Part shown: positions 7,811-14,643 of the stretch, piece by piece
How the letters are laid out: each line of letters starts with the position of its first letter
Position numbering within the stretch: position 1 is the stretch's first letter
Source of the DNA: Armatimonadota bacterium
GTDB lineage: Bacteria; Armatimonadota; Armatimonadia; Armatimonadales; Armatimonadaceae
Assembly (NCBI GenBank): GCA_043754515.1
Contig: JAYUUO010000015.1
Span: 1 to 18,761 of the forward strand
Direction: 5' to 3'
Length of the DNA stretch: 18,761 nucleotides
The notes under the pieces: model-generated
Told to the model about the DNA's origin: nothing
Database searches by the model: none
The model's input: only the letters and a program-made list of their open reading frames with translations
Program-made: the position numbers and the translations under genes

Positions 7811-8260
7811 ATGCCCATCCCCCCTTTCCGCGACGACAGCTGGCTCCCCGACGGGCATCACGCCGCGACGTGGGAAGAGATAGCGGACGCGCTGGGCGGC
7901 GAGACCGGTTCGAAGCGGGCGGCGGTGCTCGCGGGTTTGCTGGCGTGGCGCGACGCTGTGCGGTCAGAAGGCTTGTCGGGCCTGGTCATCCTGGACGGCA
8001 GCTTCGTGTCTGCGAAACCCACGCCCGGTGATTTCGACCTTGTGTTTCTGTATCACGCGGAGCATGAGCCGGTGGCGAACACGGACGATTCGGTGAAGGC
8101 ACTGCTGGATTTGACGGAGGGCAAGGCACGGTTCGGCGGCGACATTTTCGCGTTCTCGGGGCGAACGGTTGGCGCGTCCATTTTACAAAAGCCGAACGAA
8201 ATGTTTGACTACGTGAAGTTCACCGGGATACAGAAGGGCGTTCTGGAGACAAACCTATGA
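7811..8260 (+). CDS. DUF6932-like putative nucleotidyltransferase-fold protein, copy A
   Basis: 149 aa from ATG 7811. IPPFRDDSWLPDGHHAATWEE start and LDGSFVSAKPTPGDFD (GS...DxD, Pol-beta-like motif). TATCAT at 7795-7800 lies just upstream with no SD, so possibly near-leaderless. Confidence 0.75.
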   Translation: MPIPPFRDDSWLPDGHHAATWEEIADALGGETGSKRAAVLAGLLAWRDAVRSEGLSGLVILDGSFVSAKPTPGDFDLVFLYHAEHEPVANTDDSVKALLDLTEGKARFGGDIFAFSGRTVGASILQKPNEMFDYVKFTGIQKGVLETNL

Positions 8261-8532
8261 TTGAGAACAACGAACAGTTAGCGGCAACTCTCGAATATAT
8301 CGCGAAGTGGGCGGACGCTTTAGAGGGGTTGCGACAAGTGGAAGCGGCGGAGAACAAGACCAGCTTCTTTCCCGTGTCCGCGAACGGACCGCTGACCGAG
8401 ATCCGCGAAAACCTCGCGCTCGCCCGCGAGTACCTCAGCCGGGGAGTCGCAAAAAAGTCTGCTCCCACGAACGGTGCGTACACGAACGGTCACGCCGCGC
8501 CAACAACGCCGAAGGTGCTGGTAGAAGCCTGA
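8257..8532 (+). CDS. Small helical partner protein of DUF6932-like gene, copy A
   Basis: 91 aa, ATGA overlap. Homologous to 8950-9228 (EQLAxTL, LEGLRQ, NLALARE, TNGAxYTNGH). Confidence 0.75.
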   Translation: MIENNEQLAATLEYIAKWADALEGLRQVEAAENKTSFFPVSANGPLTEIRENLALAREYLSRGVAKKSAPTNGAYTNGHAAPTTPKVLVEA

Positions 8533-8620
8533 ACGGGTCGTATGAAACCCATTCGGAGGGAGGCGCACGCGTCGGGTGTGGTACGCCGGGAGGGGAGTCC
8601 GCGTATGAACTTCACGCAAC

Positions 8621-8953
8621 TTGAAGGGCCTTCTGGCGTGGCGCGACGCGGCGCGGGCGAAAGGCTTGTCCGGCCTGGTGGTTCTCGACGGCAGCTTCGT
8701 ATCCGCGAAACCCGCGCCCGGCGACTTCGACCTGATTTTCTTGTTCGACGAGGCATCAAAGCGTGTTTCGTCCGCTGACGAGGACGCTAAAGCCTTGCTC
8801 GACAACGCAAGCTGTGTTAACCGGTTCGGCGGCGATGTGTGGGCGTTCTCGGCGGGAATGGCACTAAGCCATCCCCACTTCGTTCCGCTCGACACGTTCG
8901 ATAGAACGAAAGACACGCGAAAACCGAAAGGCGTTTTGGAGGTGACAATATGA
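8621..8953 (+). pseudogene. DUF6932-like protein copy B, 5'-truncated
   Basis: Aligns to copy A from GLLAWRDA and keeps LDGSFVSAKPAPGDFD and KGVLE. The N-terminal ~40 aa are missing and there is an in-frame TGA at 8606-8608. Confidence 0.7.
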
Positions 8954-9228
8954 GCGACCGAGTCGAAAGTATGGAGCAGTTAGCCGGGACACTGGCCTAT
9001 CTGACGACGATGGCGGATTTTCTGGAAGGGCTCCGGCAGTACGAAGAAGAAACCGGCGAACATGACTTCGTCATCTCCGGTTCATACCCGATTCACGAGT
9101 TGCGGAAGAACCTCGCCCTTGCCCGCGAGTTTGCCGAGCGTGAAATAGACCACCCTTCAACGAACGGCGCGGCGTACACCAACGGTCACACCGCTGCCGC
9201 GCAATCAAAGGCTTTAGCCGGTGCATAG
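8950..9228 (+). CDS. Small helical partner protein, copy B
   Basis: 92 aa, GGAGGTG SD, ATGA overlap; paralogue of 8257-8532. Confidence 0.75.
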   Translation: MSDRVESMEQLAGTLAYLTTMADFLEGLRQYEEETGEHDFVISGSYPIHELRKNLALAREFAEREIDHPSTNGAAYTNGHTAAAQSKALAGA

Positions 9229-9230
9229 TC

Positions 9231-9383
9231 GGTCGAACGCCGAATGTGCGGGCTGTTTGGTTCGTGGACAGCGGCGAGACTGTTCCGCGCTTTGTCACCG
9301 CGTATCCGCTTGACGTGATGCCAATTATGAACCTCGCGCCGCCGACGGGAAAGGAACAAAATAATGGTACAGGAACTGGATAG
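9231..9383 (+). pseudogene. C-terminal fragment of a DUF6883-like gene
   Basis: Hand translation GRTPNVRAVWFVDSGETVPRFVTAYP matches the PRxVTAYP end of the family usually found upstream of DUF4926. It has no start and begins 2 nt after the previous stop. Confidence 0.7.
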
Positions 9384-9594
9384 AGTGATTTTGCAGGCAG
9401 ACTTACCGGAGCATGGCTTAATCGCGGGCGACCTCGGCACGGTGGTTCTGGTCTACAAAAACAACGCGGGCTATGAAGTCGAGTTCTTCGCGCTGACCGG
9501 CGATACGATTGCGGTGGCGTCTGTCTCTGCCGACAAAGTGCGCCCGGTGCGCCGTTCTCAGGTCGCGCACGTCCGCGACTTAGTCACTCCTTGA
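9364..9594 (+). CDS. DUF4926 family protein (putative antitoxin/immunity partner)
   Basis: 76 aa, ELDRVILQADLPEHGLIAGDLGTVVLVY...GYEVEF...G.TIAV. SD AAGGA upstream. Confidence 0.85.
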   Translation: MVQELDRVILQADLPEHGLIAGDLGTVVLVYKNNAGYEVEFFALTGDTIAVASVSADKVRPVRRSQVAHVRDLVTP

Positions 9595-9596
9595 AC

Positions 9597-10311
9597 GAAT
9601 CGCTGGTGGTCGAAAAGTCAGAAAAGAAAAACCACGCCCGCCGGTGGGCACTGTCACGACTACTCAAGTGTATTCGCTCATCACCACGGTATACGAGTGC
9701 CGGGGCGTTCAAGCGATTCGGGCTTCTTACCAGCGGCGGTGGGTTGGATTATTAAAATCCCTTGTGGATACAGACGTGTGTTCGGGCTCTGCGACCTTTT
9801 GTGCAAGTATCGCCGTCTCGTGCCTTTTTTCTTGTGCTACTCCCCTTGCTGCTCCAGGACTCATTGGTTCCCTACTTATTTTCTCCCTTTCATTGCGTTT
9901 CGCCGTCGCGAGCTGTTGTGCTTTTACTATTTTCTTGTTAATTCGCGCTATTTTCTCCAGGCTACGCGATCGCTCCGCTTCTTGCCTTCGCCGCTCTGGA
10001 AGTTCTCGTCGCTTATACACCTCAAACGTGCCAACAACATCAGCAACAGTCGGTGTACGTTTTATCACCTCCGGCAACTTGTAGACGACTTTTAGAATGT
10101 CGCTGTAAATAACCTTTTTGCCGTAAACGTGGGATACTTCTTTGTAACACAGGATTACATCCGCCTCCGTAATTTCAAGACGAGTAGCAATATCGGCGAT
10201 CAGGTCAGAGTCTGTTTTTATTCGTGGAACCTCCGGGATATTTTCCACCAAGCGACCGACGATTTCCTTCACCTGTTTGGTACAATGAACAGCAGGAGAA
10301 ACCGATGACCC
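9597..10311. repeat. groEL-anchored repeat unit 3 (truncated at the antitoxin start)
   Basis: groEL tail (ESLVVEKSEKK ... GGHCHDY, 9597-9663), terminator right arm CGGGGCGTTCAA, gene X3, TGGTACAAT, AGGAGAAACCGATGACCC, then abrupt loss of similarity. Confidence 0.88.
9727..10221 (-). pseudogene. Orphan protein X, copy 3 (open frame but start codon ATG changed to ATA)
   Basis: IKTDSDLIADIATRLEITEADV...SVSTRDFNNPTHRRW. The SD is retained but the codon at 10221-10219 is ATA. It could still use the GTG at 10272. Confidence 0.6.
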
Positions 10312-10440
10312 GATAGGAACCGGGTGACTTGATCGTGCCTGAGGCAATAAAGCGGCGAGCCCTGTCGCCGTGGCTTGCCCGAAGAAAACGAGCAAGTAGT
10401 CTGTGTACGAATCCAGCAATCGGCGGGTGCGTTCGGTCAT
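10309..10440 (-). mobile_element. IS701-like transposase N-terminal fragment
   Basis: MTERTRRLLDSYTDYLLVFFGQATATGLAALLP, then after a frameshift HDQVTRFLS. YxDYL...TATGL...SHDxxTRFL is characteristic of this family. The rest is deleted. Confidence 0.75.
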
Positions 10441-10518
10441 GGCAGGAGACGCCGCACGAGCGGCTACGCCATTTTACCAACTTCCAACCGCGTAAAGGAA
10501 GTTGCATAGCAACCGCAT

Positions 10519-10554
10519 CTGAAGCCACGGGCTTCAGCCCTGTGAAGTTGTCAC
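10519..10554 (+). mobile_element. IS200/IS605-like right-end remnant (hairpin ending in TCAC)
   Basis: CTGAAGCC-ACG-GGCTTCAG is a perfect hairpin overlapping a second one (CACGGGCT-TC-AGCCCTGTG), followed by AAGTTGTCAC. This resembles tnpB-element 3' ends. No tnpA or tnpB nearby. Confidence 0.5.
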
Positions 10555-10624
10555 TACCATTCGGTGTGTCATGGTTGACACGAGGGAGGAGGACGTGCCG
10601 AAATCCCTCCGCTCCCGCTCCGAG

Positions 10625-11957
10625 TCAGGCGAGTGTATCAATCAGGTCGCCCATCGTGAAGGTGTCGAACACGTTTTTGGTTTCACTGTCGCCCCACAGC
10701 GGCTTCCAGTTCGGATCCATGGCGAGGAACGAATCGTTGTCGCCCAGGATCAGGCCGATGAGCACCTCCCCGACGATCCTGCCGCCGACCGGGCCGAGCG
10801 TTGTGTGCTGGGCGTTCTTCTCGTCGTTCGTTGTCTGACGCTCTTCCGCGCGGTGCCGCCACTTGTCCAGTGCTTCCGCGAGGACGTAGAACCAGAGGGG
10901 TGCCTTTCCAGCAAATCGTGCGTCAACATCCACGATGGACGGGTTCGCGATCCCGCTGAATTCGTTGCTCGCATCGGGCTTCAATCCGTCCGCGTTGTGG
11001 CTTTACCGACCAGCAGTCTTTTGTCCGGGATCGGCTTCAGTCCCATTAATCGCGCCACCGACTGACCCGACGGCAACTGGAGCGTCACCCCGCGTTTCAG
11101 GTTCCGGAACGCCAGGCTGTTCGTGTGATCCGCGCCCATCGGACACTCCGTTCCGGGCTTGGAGAACTCGGGTAGGAACTTGAGAGGTGCTACCAGCGAG
11201 GTATCCATCTTATAGGCGGGCTGTACTCGTCCTGGCCCCCCGGTCGCGGGATTAAGACGGTGTGATCTTGTCTCGAAAAACAGATGCCAGTCAATGCCGT
11301 TCTCGGCGGGGAACTCGCGGAAACCGTTCAGTCCCTCATTGGCTACCGGCGCGAACACCAGGCGGCGACCCTCTAGACCTTCTGGAACCGTGAGGCCGGG
11401 CGTGGTACTCAGGATTGGCCGCGCTCAACCTATAAGCGGGTCGTACCATGCTGTGTCCGAACCGGTAGGCCGCCCCGCTGAACTCGACGGGCATGAACGG
11501 ATCGCACTTGTAGTTGAAGAAGTGCAATCGGGGGGCGTGGTCGTAGATGTAGGGTTGATCGTCCGGCCCGCGCCCATACAACCCGTCCAGGTCCAGCGCG
11601 GGCGTCTGGAAATCAATAAGGCCGTTCGGGTCGTTCAGTTTCACCAGGCTGCTCAGCGGGTCGAAGGTGATGTCGTGATCTACGAACTGTCCGAAGTAGG
11701 TGTAGCCCGCGGGTAGTCCGAAGTTCTCCTCGTCATCGGGGGGACTGGCACCTTCGAGAGTCATTGTCGCCTCTGGTCTTAAGTATCATCGCATCCGCCA
11801 AGTTAATCAGGGCATCGTCATCGAAGTCGGCGGGAGGTAAGGATCGAAACAGGCGACCGAATCGTCCTTCATGTAGTCGCGAGCGGGGGGTAGAGTCTAA
11901 CCCGCGCTCCAGGCGTCCGTGTTCAGTAGGTATCTTTTCCAAGTTTTTGCCTTTCAC
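10625..11957 (-). pseudogene. Bacterial heme peroxidase (animal peroxidase/cyclooxygenase superfamily), decayed
   Basis: Four consecutive minus ORFs carry GRFGRLF, AGYTYFGQFVDHDITFD, LDLDGLYGRGP, EFSGAAYRFGHS, LAFRNLKRG..LPSGQ, PLWFYVLAEA and LGPVGGRIVGEV. Frameshifts near 11760, 11400-11350 and 10985, plus a large in-frame deletion near 11540. Confidence 0.88.
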
Positions 11958-12548
11958 AGCGGCGAGGCTACTTTAGTCCCTGCTGATGTTGACCGTTGCC
12001 CACTCGGACGCGAGCAAGGAGTTAATCCGGATGTGCAAGTCGCTCATTGTGCAGCCAGACGGGTCTTGCTCACGGCCGTGCGGCTTGCGTCGCCATCTGG
12101 CCCTCGGTCAGGTGATGACGCCGGTTCAGGAATGCGCGCAAGTTGGCGACGGCAACAATCGAGAAGCGTCCGCTCGCGGTAGAAAAATTGCGCCTGTGTA
12201 TAGGTGTGATGTGTTTCGCGCGCCATCGGTACTTCTGCATATCCTTCGGATTGATGGTCTACCTATCAATGTCCCTTTTTGGGGTGGCTACCGCGCTCGT
12301 TACGACTGTGAGTCAACCCGGCTACAGAACCCGTTGTACCGACTTTATACCGGGCTAAACCCTTAAACATAAAATATCCGAATGTATTTTCCCGAACGAG
12401 GAAACATCAGTCCAAATCCACAGAACTTTTCGGCAGTTGGAGTCTGTCTTGCTCTTGTAACGATGCTGTAATGATGATCTGTTAGACTCTGAAACAGGAA
12501 GCAACGCGCCCGGCGAAGTCGGGTGGCAGTTGGGAAGGCTATATACTT

Positions 12549-13514
12549 ATGAATCGTTCTTTTCTGATCCGTCACGTCGCGGCTACGCTCGCCATCGGGG
12601 CACTGACATCATTCGGGCTTATCACTGGTTGCGGGGGCGGCTCGAGTGACAACCCGAACGCAGGGCTGGCTCAGTTCGGGGGGCATATATACCGTAGTAC
12701 GTTCCCGCTCGGTAGCCGGGGCACCGCGACCGTGAACATGACGGTGCAAAGCAACGGCACCACGACCGGCACCGCGACGATTGACAACGGTACCCCCGCC
12801 GTCGCTAGTGGCCGCGCCGTTACCCGCGTGGTGGTAGGCACCGGTAACCTTACCGGCACGGTAGACCCGGTGACGGGCGCGGTCAGCCTGTCGGGGAACA
12901 TCACCCAGGATGGCGCGACGACGCCAGTAACAGTGGGCGGTAACCTGAACGGCAACTCCACCCTCGGCCTGAGCGGCACATTCTACACGGCTACCTGGTC
13001 GGTGTTTACCGCGTCTCCCACGCCGGGAGCTACCCCCTCGCCGGGCGCGACGGGGACAGGGACCAATCAAGGCGCGTTCAGTGATCTGCAATTCAGCATG
13101 GTATCGGGGGTGAACTTCACTAGCCCCGGCACGAACCTGAAGGCCGTCTCCGGCGTGGTAGTCACGCAGGGTGTGCCCGGCTTCGGCTCCCTGGTCTCAG
13201 TGACGGCGGTAGATACCATCAACGGCATCGCCCGTAGCGTGACCGTGAGTGTATTCGGTACGCTGTCCGCGGGACAGACGCTCACGATAGACGGCGGGCA
13301 GAACAATGTAATCTACTCGGAGGCGACGCCCGGACAGACCGGACTACCGCGCTCTTACGGGGCGACGGGCGGCACGGTGACGGTAAGTAGCGCGACGGCG
13401 AACGAGTATAAGCTCACGCTGAACAACGTTACGATGGCGGCAGGTCCGACCGCGCAGGTGAGTTCGGGTACCGGATCGTTCACGATTAACGGGCCGATGA
13501 CCGGACAGAAATAG
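12549..13514 (+). CDS. Secreted beta-rich lipoprotein of unknown function
   Basis: 321 aa. Signal peptide with lipobox ITG-C then GGGSS. Two Thr/Gly/Val-rich regions joined by an SPTPGATPSPGAT linker. Confidence 0.8.
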   Translation: MNRSFLIRHVAATLAIGALTSFGLITGCGGGSSDNPNAGLAQFGGHIYRSTFPLGSRGTATVNMTVQSNGTTTGTATIDNGTPAVASGRAVTRVVVGTGNLTGTVDPVTGAVSLSGNITQDGATTPVTVGGNLNGNSTLGLSGTFYTATWSVFTASPTPGATPSPGATGTGTNQGAFSDLQFSMVSGVNFTSPGTNLKAVSGVVVTQGVPGFGSLVSVTAVDTINGIARSVTVSVFGTLSAGQTLTIDGGQNNVIYSEATPGQTGLPRSYGATGGTVTVSSATANEYKLTLNNVTMAAGPTAQVSSGTGSFTINGPMTGQK

Positions 13515-13524
13515 CCCAGTATGG

Positions 13525-13555
13525 TTCTCCGGGAACCTATCAGGTTCCCGGGGGA
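13525..13555. terminator. Hairpin after lipoprotein gene
   Basis: CCGGGAACCT-ATC-AGGTTCCCGG is a 10-bp perfect stem, extendable with G-U pairs, between convergent genes. Confidence 0.55.
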
Positions 13556-13567
13556 GACCCTCGGGTC

Positions 13568-13599
13568 GGTCGAATGAAACCGGCGCGTTTCATTCGACC
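13568..13599. repeat. 13-bp perfect inverted repeat (REP-like or terminator)
   Basis: GGTCGAATGAAAC-CGGCGC-GTTTCATTCGACC. Confidence 0.6.
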
Positions 13600-13653
13600 T
13601 CCGCTAAAGGCAGACTACTTCTTGGTGGCGACATTGGCCCAACATTCACGTCG

Positions 13654-14643
13654 TCACAACGTCGCGAACCGTAGGCCCCTGTTTCGTAAACCGGCTAGAA
13701 TCGCCGGGAGCGCGGCGCGGGTGTCGGCCACTCCGGCGTGGAGTGCGATCACGGCACCCGCTCGGGCGGCGAACAGCACCCGCCGCACCGTTTCGGCGAC
13801 GCCGGGGCGTGTGTGATCGAACGGCGCGATGACCGCCCGGCGCGGCGCGACGATGGTGCTGTTGTTCGTGTCGCGCAGTTCGGTGCTACCAGGCGGGCGG
13901 TACAGCGTCGGGCGGGTATCCGTTATGCCGCGCAGAACGCTCAGGCAACGCGGCAGGTCGGGACGCGTCGCGTCATGATCCCATGAGTGGAGTTGCAAAG
14001 AGTGTCCTTCGCGGGCGGCGCGTCGGGCGGTCGCCGCGCCCGCCGGGCGCGTGAGATGCTCGCAGATGCAGAAGAATGTACACGGGGCGTCGCCCGCCCG
14101 CAGAATATCGAGAAGCAGTTCGTCGGGCGAATCGCGGTTTCCGGGCGAGGTCGGCGTAGGGAAGTCGTCGAACGACAGGTAGATGTCGCCGGGGGAGTTC
14201 GTGTCCGCCATGGGCGCGGCGCGGCCCGTGGCGAGACTGCGTAGGAGCAGTTCGAGTTCGTCGGTGCGGACGATTCCCTGGCGCGCGGACCGGATCACGC
14301 CGCGCGCGTCAACAACCAGCGTCCAGGGCACGGCGCGAAGCCCCAGCCCCGCGCTGATCTGGCCGCCGACGTCTAGTAGGACACCGCACCCGCCCGCGCC
14401 GGTCGGGAACCGCTCCGCCCACCGCCCGTCCACGCTGACCGTCACGTACCCGACTGGTAGACCAGCCAGTCGCGCCTGGACCGCGTCTAGGCGGCGGCTC
14501 TGCTCGCGCCATGTGTCGCACCATAGGGCGCAGAACGAGAGTACGGTGACCCGGCCCGGACGCCAGGTCACTGGTCGCCCGTCCGGAAAGGTCAGCAGGG
14601 TGAACGGCGCAACCGTCTCGCCCGGACCGGCGGGTGGCTTCAC
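13654..14643 (-). CDS. Fusion of TlpA/redoxin-like thioredoxin fold and NodB-type polysaccharide deacetylase
   Basis: N-half: APFTLLTFPDG, VLSFCALWCDTW, VTVSVD, VLLDVGG, AVPWTLVVDARG. C-half: YLSFDDFP, TFFCI, EGHSLQLHSWDH, LYRPPG, VIALH, LPAILAGLRNRGLRFATL. The GTG start overlaps the upstream TGA. Confidence 0.82.
   Translation of the reverse strand: MKPPAGPGETVAPFTLLTFPDGRPVTWRPGRVTVLSFCALWCDTWREQSRRLDAVQARLAGLPVGYVTVSVDGRWAERFPTGAGGCGVLLDVGGQISAGLGLRAVPWTLVVDARGVIRSARQGIVRTDELELLLRSLATGRAAPMADTNSPGDIYLSFDDFPTPTSPGNRDSPDELLLDILRAGDAPCTFFCICEHLTRPAGAATARRAAREGHSLQLHSWDHDATRPDLPRCLSVLRGITDTRPTLYRPPGSTELRDTNNSTIVAPRRAVIAPFDHTRPGVAETVRRVLFAARAGAVIALHAGVADTRAALPAILAGLRNRGLRFATL

Noticed and set aside
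7538..8260. 240-aa ORF as one protein
   Set aside because: It joins the C-half of the broken ParE, an Arg-rich read-through of intergenic DNA, and the DUF6932-like gene starting at 7811.
8542..8778. 78-aa ORF as the frameshifted N-terminus of DUF6932 copy B
   Set aside because: Its 5' part shows no similarity to the copy A N-terminus (IPPF...LPDGHH).
4783..10311. Integron cassette array or CRISPR array
   Set aside because: I found no paired RYYYAAC/GTTRRRY attC boxes flanking the genes and no intI. The repeats are 0.7-1 kb gene-containing units, not short repeats with spacers, and there are no cas genes.
9727..10440. 237-aa ORF as a native gene
   Set aside because: It is a chimera of an IS701-like N-terminus, the translated promoter region and X3.
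11986..12366. 126-aa ORF and an 8-bp inverted repeat (CGTCGCCA 12088-12095 / TGGCGACG 12144-12151)
   Set aside because: No SD, motif or coding-like composition. The repeat is short enough to be chance, and I recognise no RNA family.
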